This document shows positions 38,438-50,415 of a stretch of DNA of 64,000 nt, in pieces. This DNA is from Octopus vulgaris (Eukaryota): contig OX597818.1 of assembly GCA_951406725.2 (NCBI GenBank), forward strand, positions 124,868,001 through 124,932,000, read 5' to 3'. Position numbers and translations under genes: made by a program. A model generated the notes under the pieces. That model was not told the origin of the DNA. It ran no database searches and was given only the letters and a program-made list of their open reading frames with translations. Every line of letters starts with the position of its first letter. Positions within the stretch are counted from its first letter, which is position 1.

Positions 38438-39040
38438 TTGTGTGTATATATATTTGCTTATGTGTATATGCGAGTGTATTAACACGTGTGAGTGTCAAGT
38501 TTTGCACGGACGTGTGTATCTTGCTTTACATACAAATCTATGCACATATTTATCTATGCTATGTACGTATATTCATGTGTATATACACGTGTATCTGCAC
38601 ATATGAATTCCTATACATATGTATATATTCGTCTATATGTGTGCGTATGCACGTGTATCTAGTTGTATGTATACACCCATATACATGGATGTGCCTGTGT
38701 GAGCACGTATGTATATATGCGTCTGAGCACCAACACGCAAACACAAACAAATTTTCGTCTAAGTATTATCTTCTTTTCAACTTCTACTTCTTTTTCTTTC
38801 TCTTAACGGTTACAACAGCAAAAGCTGATTAAATCATTTTCTCTAAACTAGAATGTATACTTTCCACATTCATATTTGAATTTTTTGCGTTTCAATAATT
38901 TCTCTCTGATTCTACTCATTCTCAAATTTGATGGACATATAGTGGTACGTAAGTCGACTCAAGAAATCTCTAGTGAAACTTTTTATTGATGTACCTGAAG
39001 AGACTCAGAACAGGTCAAAGCGTGTTGTACCCAATAAAGT
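37536..39040 (+). mobile_element. Penelope-like retroelement 3' remnant: GIY-YIG endonuclease pseudogene (37536-38100), microsatellite-like 3' UTR and terminal hammerhead
   Basis: One frame reads an N/T-rich linker then CSCRDRSNSPLDNQCMTKNMV*KCTI...KTRYRNHIASFRN...TSLADFIWRLKE...YDLTWSIL...INKFTEQLARCLHAVKHTF, with YVYIR (YIG) in an adjacent frame. This fits the PLE Zn finger plus GIY-YIG domain pattern. Confidence 0.8.
38982..39038 (+). ncRNA. Decayed type I hammerhead ribozyme of the PLE terminal repeat
   Basis: TTTATTG-AT-GTAC CTGAAGA GAC-TCAGAACAG-GTC AAAGCGTGTT GTAC-C-CAATAAA: stems I and II are intact; AAAGCGTGTT is three transitions from GAAACGCGTT. Confidence 0.65.
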
Positions 39041-39071
39041 CTATTACATATTCCAGCTCCTACTTTATTAA

Positions 39072-39074
<3 letters not shown>

Positions 39075-39131
<57 letters not shown>

Positions 39132-39511
39132 ATATATATATGTGTGTGTATATATATGTGTGTATATATATATATATGTGTGTGTGTATAAATGTGTGTA
39201 TATATATATATGTGTGTATATATATATGTGTGTATATATATATGTGTGTATATATGTGTATATATATATATGTATATATATATATATGTATATATATATG
39301 TATATATATATATGTGTATATATGTATATATATATATGTATATATATATATGTGTATATATATATGTATATATATATATGTATATATATATATGTGTGTA
39401 TATATATATGTATATATATATGTGTGTATATATATATGTATATATATATATATGTGTATATATATATATGTGTATATATATATGTATATATATATATATG
39501 TATATATGTAT
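39075..39511. repeat. Long (TA)n/(TG)n compound microsatellite
   Basis: Directly visible. Confidence 0.95.
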
Positions 39512-39679
39512 AAGGGGCATAAGCACTTCTATACACACATACACCTACCAAATTCACTGACAAAGTTTTGGTTGGCTCAAGCAGTAGACAGTTGCCCAAA
39601 GTGCAACACAATGGGACTGAACCCAAAGCAACGTGGTTCAGAATCAAATACCTTACATACAGCCATACCTGGAGCTTGC

Positions 39680-39982
39680 TTCCCAACCACATGGTTCCAT
39701 GTTCAGTCTCACTGCGTGGCACCTTGGGCATGGGTCTTCTATAGCCTCTGTCCGATCAAATCCTTGTGAGTGGATTGGTAGACGGAAACTGAAAGAAGCC
39801 TTTCATGTGTGTGTGTGTGTACATATTTGTGGAGTGGGTGGTGTTAAGAAGGGCATCTTGCCATAAAAACCATGCCAAAACAGACACACAAGTCTGGTGC
39901 AGGCTCCTACCGGGACAGCTCCTGTCAAACTGTCCATCCCATGCCAGCATGGAAGGAGGATGTTAAATAATGATGATGATGA

Positions 39983-40015
<33 letters not shown>

Positions 40016-41250
40016 ATCACCGCTTGACAAGTATTGTTGTGTTTACATCCCCATAACTTAGCGGTTCATCAAAAGAGAATAGAATAAGTACTAGGCTTAG
40101 GAAATAAGTCCCGGGTTCAAGGCAGTGCTACAGCATGGCTGCAGTTAAATAACAGAAACGAATAAAAGAATAAAGAACATAAAAACTGGTTCTTCTTTAA
40201 AGAAAAAAAAAACAAGGAATGACCATATATTTAAAGAAAATCTTAAGCAATGAAGTGTCTGCCGGGACAAGGCGTACAGCAGCAAGAAGGTCAGAATGGT
40301 CAAGCCTGGTGCTTACCTGCTCCACTATGTTTTCTTTCTTTCATAATAGAGTAGCATAGCCTAGAAGCTTAACCTTTCACATTTCCAATATTAATGAATA
40401 AACTCAAGTGTTAATATATATGCTTGTACAGAAATGTATAATACACACACACATAAATAGCCACATCAGTATAAACACTTGTGCATTGAGAGTATATATT
40501 TGCAACTATACTCAGTATATACAAGTATTTATATATGCTATACACGTTGACATACACACACACACACACAGATATATGTGCACAAACATTTGCTCACTAT
40601 AAATAAATCATCTGTGTAGGTTGTTCAGTAATAAATTGCAGAACCCTCATCTGTGTCTACAACAGGAAAATCCACAACACACACATATATATATATAGGC
40701 GCAGACATGGTTATGTGGTAAGAAGCTTGCTTCTCTACAACATGGCTCCAGGTTCAGTCCCACAGCATGGCACCTAGAACCTTGTGAGTGGATTTGGTAG
40801 ATGGAAGCTGAAAGAAGCCCATCTTGTGTATACATGTATATACACACACACACACACATATATACACATACATATACACACACACACACATATATATATA
40901 TATGTGTGTGTGTCTTTCTGTATGTGTTTGTCCCTCACAACTGCCTGGCAACTGGTGTTGGCGTGTTTGCGTCCATGTATTGGCGTTAGGAAGGGCATCC
41001 AGCTGTAGAAACACTGCCAGATCAGACTGGGCCTGGTGCAGCCTTCTGGCTTCCCAGACCCCAGTTGAACCGTCCAACCCATGCTAGCATGGAAAGCGGA
41101 CGTTAAACGATGATGATGATGATATAACTTAGCGGTTCAGTGTTGGGACCTATAGAATAACTCCTGGGAGTCGATTTCTTCAACTAAAAAAACCCTTTCA
41201 GGTGGTGCTCCATCATGGCTGTAGCCAAATGACTGAGACAAATAAAAGAA
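39680..41250 (+). mobile_element. Two composite SINE A + family C elements (39680-40175 and 40697-41250)
   Basis: Each has an A head, a C tail ending (GAT)n (39830-39982; 40980-41122) and an A tail. Confidence 0.75.
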
Positions 41251-41512
41251 TATACATACATATATAAACCAACTACCCTCTCAGTGTTTATTGCTGATGA
41301 ACCAAAATTGTACAACGTACTTTCAAATGTCATTATTATTATAATCTTCCAAATTATATCCATTCCCCAGTAATGCACCCAGAAGAATTTTTTGTTACCT
41401 TTAGAAGATATTTTTGGTAATATGAAGAGAAATTGCACCATTCCTTTGTTGATCAATAACTTGTGATGTCAAAACCTTCTATACACTGTAGCTAATACGC
41501 TAAACAAGGAAC

Positions 41513-41774
41513 CAGGGCTGTGGAGTCAAAACAAAAAACTTTGACTTCGACTCCTCTACTATTGGCACCTCCGACTGACTGAGTCCTCTTTATGTAATTA
41601 GTGATTGTGGTCTACTTATCTCATAAAGCATATGCATACGCTTGTACTTTGAGTAGGCCTATGTGTTATAACTGGTTTATATTAAAGAATAAAGATATTG
41701 TGAATTGGAGTCGGTATAGTTTTACTGACTCCGACTCCAGCTACTCCTTAATCGACTCTGACTCCACAGCCCTG
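41513..41774. mobile_element. hAT MITE with GACTCC subterminal repeats
   Basis: Perfect 15-bp TIRs CAGGGCTGTGGAGTC / GACTCCACAGCCCTG and perfect 8-bp TSD CAAGGAAC (41505-41512, 41775-41782). Confidence 0.92.
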
Positions 41775-42771
41775 CAAGGAACTGTCTTTAGTTCAACAGT
41801 AGCTGATGAGGTGAACAGTCACTGAAATACCTATTTGTAAATATTCCATATTTCCTTTCAAGTCCAATGTTCCTGCTTGTTTAATTCATACTGATGTAAA
41901 GTCATAGCACTTACTGTGTATGCTCGCTGATAAATTGTACTGCCTGGATTCATCTGTGTGTGTGTTTGTGTGTGTGTCTGTGTGTGCACTTACAGATAAC
42001 TCTCCTCTCACAAGCTAACATAAAAGTGTCTATTTTGTGTGTGTGTGTGCATATAAAAGAAAAAATACTCAATATATGTAGTAAAGTTTGTTCGCTACAA
42101 GCTGATGATTCACTTCATAGGAGAGACAAAGAGATGAATTCTTTTTGTTCTTGAGCGAACAACACACAAAGGAAACGGAGCATAATGAGAGAGTGAATCA
42201 TACATATAACTTATTACTTTATCTTGTAGGCTCAGCTGATTGCATTTTTGATCTATGATAGAAAGGGTACGAAAACACCGCAAAGAAGAAAAAAAGAATA
42301 TGTTACTTTGGTTCTGTGAACATTTAGAGTAATGCAGATTTAAAGCAGGCTCTGCATTACAAACCTTTCCAACCTATGCCATAATGGAAAAATGAAAGCG
42401 AAACTGACGAAAGTGATAATGTAGGTAAAAATGGATGCACGTGTACACACTCTCAGACATAAGCATCTGTGTAAACACATATATAACTGTGTGCATATAC
42501 ATGAAGATTTTAGTTTACGAATATAATAATAAAAGAAAAAGCTCTACTGCATGTACTTGATACATATATAGAGTCTATGTCACTAACCCAGGTTCCCCAC
42601 TGTTCGCATTGCTGAAGAAAGTACAAGATATGGGAAACACAGAGCAGGGGGTAGTGTGTGTGAGTGTATGAATGAGTGGTAGCACTTCTTTTAAGGCACG
42701 TTATAATGAAACTTGACTTGCATACATGCATGCATGTAAATGTATGTATGAGTGTGCATATGTGTGCATGA

Positions 42772-42804
<33 letters not shown>

Positions 42805-43031
42805 AGATAAGAAATTGGAGAAATACATCTAAATCAAATATCAATTACCAGATAATACTCAATCACATACTTTATTAAACCACCACATAAGAGACTGTAG
42901 GGTTAAATATAAAAAGCACAACAAATCAGTGTACATAAAGGAATGTACATAAAAAAGTGTACATATATATATATATATACACATACATACATAGAGAGAC
43001 AGACAGATATATATATATATATATATATATA

Positions 43032-43415
43032 GGCACAGGAGTGGCTGTATGGTAAGTAGCTTGCTTACCAACCACATGGTTCCAGGTTCAGTCCCACTGC
43101 GTGGCACCTTGGGCAAGTGTCTTCTACTATAGCCTCAGGCCAACCAAAGCCTTGTGAGTGGATTTGGTAGATGGAAACTGAAAGAAGCCTGCCGTATATA
43201 TGTGTGTGTGTCTGTCTGTATTTGCCCCCCCCCCCCCCATATCGCTTGACAATCGATGCTGGTGTGTTTACGTCCCCTGTAACTTAGCAGTCCTGTAACT
43301 TAGAATAAGTACTAGGCTTGCAAAGAATAAGTCCTGGGGGGGGGTAGGGTCGATTTGCTTGACTGAAGGCGGTGCCCCAGCATGGCCACAATCAAATGAC
43401 TGAAACAAGTAGAAG
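43032..43415 (+). mobile_element. SINE family A, full length
   Basis: Matches the family A consensus, with a small internal rearrangement near 43290. Confidence 0.85.
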
Positions 43416-43423
43416 AAAAAAAA

Positions 43424-43454
<31 letters not shown>

Positions 43455-43457
<3 letters not shown>

Positions 43458-43600
43458 GGAATTTACAAAAAAACAAAACAAAAGATGAAAACGGGTGTGT
43501 AAACAACAAACAGATGTATTAGTTTAACGCTCGGGAAGTGAGAAGGTCTTTTACGTTTCGAGCCTACGCTCTTCAACAGAAAGGAACACAGAAATAAGAA
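43455..43600 (-). mobile_element. Hammerhead-bearing repeat family H2, second copy
   Basis: Reverse complement aligns to 18797-18960; flanked by (TA)n. Confidence 0.7.
43548..43583 (-). ncRNA. Minimal type I hammerhead-like motif, A6U variant
   Basis: Minus strand CTTT CTGTTGA A GAGC GTAG GCTC GAAACGTA AAAG; identical to the motif at 18827-18862. Confidence 0.6.
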
Positions 43601-43620
43601 AATATATATACACACACACA

Positions 43621-43835
43621 CAAGGGGGTGATGAAAAGTTCCTGGCTTTGGTAAAAGAAAATACAGTCGGATCAGTTAATTATGAAGTTATTGAACATAT
43701 TCCCCTCTCAGATCCACACACTTATTGCAGCAGTCCTTCAGTTTTTCTAAGCCTTGTAAAAGAACTTGGAAGGCTGGACCGCCAACCAAGCCTTTTGCAA
43801 TATCCTTAAAGCCAGACACTTTTCTGCACCCCCTC
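43621..43835 (-). mobile_element. Mariner-derived MITE
   Basis: TIR CAAGGGGGTGATGAAAAGTTCCTGGC; inverted paralogue of 46022-46237. Confidence 0.75.
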
Positions 43836-43936
43836 CCTCATACACACACACATACACACGTGCATGCACCAGATGGGAAAAAATTTTATTTCACACAGAC
43901 TTTAGCACACATGCTCTAACAGTCATATTTTCAACA

Positions 43937-44343
43937 TGGCTGTGTGGTAAGTAGCTTGCTAACCAACCACATGGTTCCGGGTTCAGTCCCACTGCGTGGC
44001 ATCTTGGGCAAGTGTCTTCTGCTATAGCCCCGGGCCGACCAATGCCTTGTGAGTGGATTTGGTAGACGGAAACTGAAAGAAGCCTGTCGTATATATGTAT
44101 ATATATATATGTATGCGTGTGTGTGTTTGTGTGTCTGTGTTTGTCCCCCTAGCATTGCTTAACAACCGATGCTGGTGTGTTTACATCCCCGTAACTTAGC
44201 GGTTCGGCAAAAGAGACCGATAGAATAAGTCCTGGGCTTACAAAGAATAAGTCCCGGGGTCTATTTGCTTGACTAAAGGCGGTGCTCCAGCATGGCCGCA
44301 GTCAAATGACTGAAACAAGTAAAAGAGTAAAGAGTAAAGAGTA
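43937..44343 (+). mobile_element. SINE family A, near full length, young
   Basis: High identity to the family A consensus; (GTAAAGA)n tail. Confidence 0.9.
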
Positions 44344-45419
44344 TATCCCTCAATCCATCCATCCATCCATCTATCCCTTCATCCACACAAACACAATATG
44401 CGTAACTTGTACATGATCGTTGTTTCATCTATTCATACAAACTCAAAACTGGTTCAGACCAAAAGACTGAAGACCAGTGTAATTTAAAATTTGTAAAAAT
44501 ACACCCAATAGAAAAATATACTTCATTACACATTCTCATGTACGGCTTTTAAATTCAGCTATGGGTAATGCTCTCCCATTCTTAAACTAACATGAATTAA
44601 CCTAAAAAAAGAAAAAAAAAAGGAAAATAAACAGATTACATGTGTGTAGGTGCACACAAACGTGTGAATGTGTGTGAGTCAGTCTGTATGCATGTACAAA
44701 GACATACTACACAGAGACGGTATTTTTTTGTTTCACTGTTTCAGTAGTTGTGCTTATAGACATTGTGTGAATGTGCATGTGTGACTGTATGAGTATGTAA
44801 ATGCATACGTGTGTATGTGTGTGTGTGTGTGTGTGATAGTATTCACACACACACACACACACACGCAAACTACCTACAGGAGTTACTGACTGAAGCAATT
44901 TGTGTGAGGAATTAGCAATATTGATTAATTAATTACATTTGCTGTTGTTGGTTCACTGAAGATAAATATAACTTGATAAGAGAGTTTATTGTATAGCATA
45001 TCTGGAGACATCAACAACACCTACGCACACACGTGTTGTCGACGCCTGAATATTATACATACATATATATATATACATATATATATATATAGAGAGAGAG
45101 AGGTGTATATATATATATATATATATTGTAATGGCGATATTAATCAGTTGCCACTTCATTCAGAAATTCAGGGGGTGTTGCTAATCAAGTACCTGATTAC
45201 TAATAGTTAACGACATAGTATGTAATATCACACCAGATTAACTGGGGCTTTTTCACCGCTTGCAGCTTATTCAACCAGGCTGGCTAAATAGGCCGAAAGA
45301 GATGAAACTTGAAGTCCTACTACAAGTATTGAGTCCTCTGATTAGTAAAAGTTTGCTGTGGTTTATAACTTTATAATATGATTTAACAATCCAAACATTA
45401 ATACATGTATATATACACA

Positions 45420-45750
45420 CGGATTCCATGGACGAGGATCACCAATGGAGAAGTTCTTAAGCAGATCAGGCTGAAAATGTCGCTAGAAGCTAGGATCACC
45501 AAGCATAGATTGGCATATTTCGGTCATATTATGCGGAGAAAATCCCTGGAGAAGGACATCATGCTCGGAATGGTCAGTGGCAAGAGAGGAAGAGGCTGAC
45601 CAAGAACCCGCTGGCTTGACACCATCAAGAGTGATACCGGAATGGACATAGCCAATCTGAAAGAAGCAGCCCAGGATAGAACTGACTGGAGGACACTGAT
45701 CCAACAAGTAACCGAGAGTCAACTTCGACTGAGCTGATAGATAGATAGAT
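45420..45750 (+). mobile_element. BovB-like RTE LINE 3' fragment with (ATAG)n tail
   Basis: RIPWTRITNGEVLKQI..SLEARITKHRLAYFGHIMRRKSLEKDIMLGMVSGKRGRG*PRTRWLDTIKSDTGM...AAQDRTDWR, collinear with the BovB C-terminus. Confidence 0.85.
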
Positions 45751-46021
45751 ATATACACACATATACATAAAAGCATGAAACTATTAGTAGCTTTTTCGGA
45801 ATCTGATGCCAGTGCCCTCTGACTGGCTCCTGTGGTGGTGACACGTAAAAAGCACAGTCCACCCTGTAAGGTGATTGGTGTTAGGAAGAGCATCCAACCG
45901 TAAAAAACCCTGCCAAAACAGACTGTGAAGTCTGGTGCAGTCTTCTTCCAAGTCAGTCTCTGTCAAACCGTCCAACCCATACCAGCATGAAAAACAAACA
46001 TTAAATGATGATGATGATATA

Positions 46022-46237
46022 CAAAGGTGTGCTGAAAATTTTCTGGCTTTAAAGGTATTGTGAAAGGTCTGGTTGGAGACCCAACATTTTGAATTCTTTT
46101 ACAGAGCTTAGAAAAACTGAAGGACCACTGCATTAAGTGTGTGAATGTCAGAGGGGAATATGTTGGATATAAATCATAATTAACTGATCCTCCTGTATTT
46201 TCTTTTATCTGAAGCCAGGAACTTTTCAGCACCCCCG
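46022..46237 (+). mobile_element. Mariner-derived MITE
   Basis: TIRs CAAAGGTGTGCTGAAAATTTTCTGGC / GCCAGGAACTTTTCAGCACCCCCG; retains LEKLKDHCIKCVNVRGEYVG, a mariner C-terminus. Confidence 0.8.
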
Positions 46238-46435
46238 TGTGTACCGTTGGCGATTTTTTTCCTGTCTTCCCTTCTCTGGATCTTTCCTTCTCCTATGTTT
46301 CTGACGAAGAGCTCCGCTCGAAACGTTAAACCCTCTTTCTTCCCTTCCTTCCTGGGCGTCCAATAATACTATATTTGTTCCACGTCCTCGCGTTGTTGTG
46401 TTTTCCCTTTGTGTTTTCATGTTTGGATTAACTAC
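46232..46435 (+). mobile_element. Hammerhead-bearing repeat family H1, best-preserved copy
   Basis: Aligns to 15619-15810; CpGs retained. Confidence 0.75.
46297..46331 (+). ncRNA. Minimal type I hammerhead ribozyme motif (intact core)
   Basis: Stem I GTTT/AAAC; CTGACGA plus an extra A; stem II GAGC-TCC-GCTC; GAA; palindromic ACGT stem III; cleavage triplet GUU. Confidence 0.7.
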
Positions 46436-46465
46436 TTAGATGTATTTCTCCATTTTCTTATCTTG

Positions 46466-46497
<32 letters not shown>

Positions 46498-47469
46498 GAG
46501 AGAGAGAGAGATACAGATGCAGAGTAATCTTTCTTTTTTCTTGTTTGTTGTGGTGTATATAATACATGCACACATAAGTATATACTTTAATAGTACGTGA
46601 AAAGCGCACACACCTGCATACACTCATGCAAAATACATTGATTTCTTTATTCTGTTAACCTAGGATGTCTGGATTTTTTTCTCAGCTTATCCATTTGTCT
46701 AATTTACTTGCAAGTACATGCTAATGTGCATCAATTTATCCAAGTAAATTTGTAACTAAGTATTTTTTATTCTCCCCACCACCACCATCACTATTATCTA
46801 TACACCTGTCTATCTTTATAATCATATATATCATTAAATTCATAAGTAATATTTGCACATGTAAATGTATGTAAACATTCATATGGGCAACACACACACA
46901 CACACACATCATCATCATCATCGTTTAACATCCGTTTTCCGCGCTAGCACGGGTTGGACGGTTCGACCAGGGTCTAGGAAGCCAGGAGGCTGCACCAGGC
47001 TCCAGTCTGATCTGGCAGTGTTTCTACAGCTGGATGCCCTTCCTAACGCCAAGACACACATATATCTATATATATATAAAATACAAAATGGGACAAGAAC
47101 GCAAAACATCCAGACAACTAGGTGATACAAAAAGGGACAACAAAACATCCAGATAGACGATACAAAAAAACAAGGACGGGTCATTCAAAGCCTTTTATTT
47201 TCAGTCAAGAACTGGATCATCCTCGCAATTTCAGCTGATTAATCTTGAGATTGCTCCAATCTGGCCAGCCCCAAGGAAAAAACTAAGCTAAGAGCATCAG
47301 ATTCCTTGGAAAAAAGCATCAAATGTATACAAAAATAGACGATGTTACACGAATATAAATACAAAAATACAATAATAATAATAACAGGACATGACAACAG
47401 GCGTCTTTCAACTGGGGACGAATTGAATTCAGCTGGCATGTGTGGAAATGAAGCCTTACAGCAGAGGGA

Positions 47470-47680
47470 GGGGAAAGTCATTCTCTTTTGGTACCTTATA
47501 ATTTAACACACTCACAGGTAAAATTTCCACTTATTTCTTTTTTATTTTTCTAAAATTTTCATTGCGTCTTGCAACCTCTTCATTAGTTTGAGTCAAAACT
47601 ATTGAAAAGGTTGCAACAAGTGAAAAGTTTACCGGTGAGTGTGTTAAATTATAAGGCACCAAAAGAAAATGACTCTCCCC
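47470..47680. repeat. ~210-bp imperfect palindrome within an unclassified repeat (about 47070-47750)
   Basis: AGTCATTCTCTTTTGGTACCTTATAATTTAACACACTCACAGGTAAA pairs with TTTACCGGTGAGTGTGTTAAATTATAAGGCACCAAAAGAAAATGACT; inner stem TTGCAACCTCTTCA/TGAAAAGGTTGCAA. Confidence 0.85.
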
Positions 47681-47755
47681 AGACACAACAGAATATGCTT
47701 CAACACATGAACTCACATAAAGAATCTTGCAAACCAAATCCAAAAACGATATATA

Positions 47756-48120
47756 GTTAAGTTAAGTTAAGTTAATTTTTTGGCTCAAAAAGCAAGGCCA
47801 TGTAGGGGGACATGGAGTTATGTACAGGGAGGGTGTTCATGCAAAGAGTTCAGGCCATTTCTGGTCAAGAGAGACTTTGAACCGAGCGGTCGCCGGCATC
47901 TTCACTATCTCGTCCGGCAGCTTATTCCATGCATCCGCAACTCAGACGGAGAAAGCCCCTCTCCTTCGATTGAGATGAAATCGTCGCAGATAGAGCTTTT
48001 TGGAGTGACCCTGCAGCCGACGCTCTGGAGCAGGAGTGAAGAACAGCTCTTTCAAGGGGTTACACTTTCCGCTTATGATGTTGTGAGCAAGAACGAGATA
48101 ACGAGGGCAGCGGCGTTTAC
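47756..48120 (-). mobile_element. CR1-clade LINE 3' fragment with (TTAAC)n tail
   Basis: KRRCPRYLVLAHNIISGKCNPLKELFFTPAPERRLQGHSKKLYLRRFHLNRRRGAFSV*VADAWNKLPDEIV...FKVSLDQKW, typical of the CR1 ORF2 C-terminus. Confidence 0.88.
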
Positions 48121-48339
48121 ACACATACATATATAGACTCATAAACATGTGCTACAACACATGTACATTCACAAATGGTGTGAAACTGAGTATCACCAAT
48201 TGGTTGAAAACTGATAAAGAATTAAGGACTTTATGTGTTTGTCTCCCGTCCAGTTGTACACTCAGTTTATGTTATGTCTTTTGTTTATTTACCATACATT
48301 CTTTTCATTTATACATATGTGTGTGTGTGTATGTTCTAA

Positions 48340-49045
48340 ATGGAACACATAGAAGTGAGAGACCCAAAAAGACATGGGATGAAGTACTGAAGAACGACCT
48401 CAGGATGTTGAACCTTTCAGGTGAGATGAGAAAGGACCAAGATGTCTGGCACCTTGCTGCACTCAAAAAGACCCATACTCCAGAACAGAAGTGTTTTAAG
48501 ACCAGTCCCTCTGGCGGTGTAAAGTACTCGTGGTGGTGCCATGTAAAAGTGTCCATGCAGTGCTATGTAAAAGCACCTGTGTGGTGAACCACTTCAAAGC
48601 ACCTATGTTGTGCCTATTAAAAGCACCTGTGCAGTGCCATATAAAAGCACCCAGCACACTCTGCAAAGTAGTTGGTGTTAGGAAGGTCGGCTGCAGTGAG
48701 CTGGCAGAATCGTTAGCACACTGGGTGAAATGCTTAGCGGTATTTCGTCTGCCGTTACGTTGTGAGTTCAAATTCTGCCGAGGTCGACTTTGCCTTTCAT
48801 CCTTTCGGGGTCGATAAATTAAGTACCAGTTATGCACTGGGGTCGATGTAATCGACTTAATACCTATGTCGATCCTTGTTTGTCCCCTCTATGTTTAGCC
48901 CCTTGTGGGTAATAAAGAAATAGGTGTTAGGAAGGTCGTCCAGCCATAGAAACCATGCCAAATCAGACGGGATTCTGGTGCTGCTCCCCAGCTCTGGTGA
49001 AGCCATTCAACCTATGCCAGCATGGACATATGATGATGATGATGA
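48340..49045 (+). mobile_element. RTE LINE C-terminus contiguous with the family C 3' UTR; SINE B inserted at 48694-48922
   Basis: GTHRSERPKKTWDEVLKNDLRMLNLSGEMRKDQDVW, then GTGCCATGTAAAAGCAC repeats and the family C tail; the B insertion has TSD GGTGTTAGGAAGGTCG (48674-48689, 48923-48938). Confidence 0.85.
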
Positions 49046-49139
49046 TATATACACACATACATGTACCTACATGCACAGCAACATACATGTATATTTATAA
49101 ACCTATCCAGATAGCTACATACATATTCATATGCATTAA

Positions 49140-49360
49140 CCCTTTAGTGTTCGCATTATTCTGCCAAAATTAATCCTTGTTCATCCACATTGTTTTGAAC
49201 TAATCATGCATTATCTTGTAGCTATGAGATTCTGATGAAGTAGCTGTTAATTTTTAAAACGATATTGTAGGGTTGGTGTGAGAGACCAGATCTCACCAGT
49301 TTGAACATAAAACAGGCAGAATACTTTTGGCCAGATATGGCCGGTTTAAATGCTAAAGGG
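49140..49360. mobile_element. piggyBac-type MITE
   Basis: TTAA|CCCTTTAG ... CTAAAGGG|TTAA. Confidence 0.88.
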
Positions 49361-50184
49361 TTAAATATACCTACCTACCTACCAACCCACCCACCCCTTG
49401 CACACAGACAATGATATCCTGAAACAAACAAACATATATAGTTCTTTGTCGTCAATTTTCATAAGAGTCACAGAAAATTGAAAAACATGCCAAACCTATA
49501 TTTAGAGATGTGGCACTGTGTTGTGTCGGTTATCTTGTATTTGTTTCAGGCGTTAGACTGTGACCATGCTGGGGCACTGCCTTCAAGAACTTTTAGTCAA
49601 ATGTATCAACAAGAGTACTCATTTCTTTTAAAGCTTGGTACTTATTCTATTGGTCTCTTTTGCTGAAACCCTAGGTTACAGGGATGTAAGCACAGCAGCA
49701 CCGATTGCCAAGCGGGGGGTTGGCAAACACAGACACAAAGACACACATATATATGTATAATAATAATAATGAATGCCAAAACGAATTTCTGTGTGTCAGT
49801 ACGTCACACTTCGACCCTCCTCTCTTACTATTCAATGACACTTCTACTATTCCTTCTGCTGGGGTGAGAGTAATTTATATAATAATAAATGCCAAAATGA
49901 ATTTCTGTGTGTCAGTGTATCACACTTTGAGCCCTACTCTTACTATTCAAAGACACTTCTATTCCTCCTGAGACTAATATTAGGCATAGAGACAGTGAGG
50001 GCAGTAGTAGATTGAAAATTGCGATGGTAATAGTATGAGCTGTAGTCGTGATAGAGGCGGAGGCAACAGTAATGGTGGTGGTGGCCGAGGCAATCAGGGA
50101 TGAGTGAATGTAAGCGATGTGAAAGATAGTGATGGTGGTGGAGGGGAAGGTGGCAAAGTCAACGGTATTGATGGTGGTATTGAG

Positions 50185-50415
50185 GGCAGCGAGCTGGCGG
50201 AAACGTTAGCACACTGGGCGAAATGCTTCACGGTATTTCGTCTGTCGTTACGTTGTGAGTTCAAATTCCGCCGAGGTCAACTTTGCCTTTCATCCTTTCG
50301 GGGCCGATAAATTAAGTACCAGTTACGCACTGGGGTCAATGTAATCGACTTAATACCTATGTCTGTCCTTGTTTGTCCCCTCTATGTTTAGCCCCTTGTG
50401 GGTAATAAAGAAATA
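50185..50415 (+). mobile_element. SINE family B with 16-bp TSD
   Basis: TSD GGTATTGATGGTGGTA at 50164-50179 and 50416-50431. Confidence 0.88.

Noticed and set aside
40317-40360. Minus-strand mini-exon ending CAG|GTAAGC
   Set aside because: The donor is good, but the acceptor lacks a pyrimidine tract and there is no recognisable peptide.
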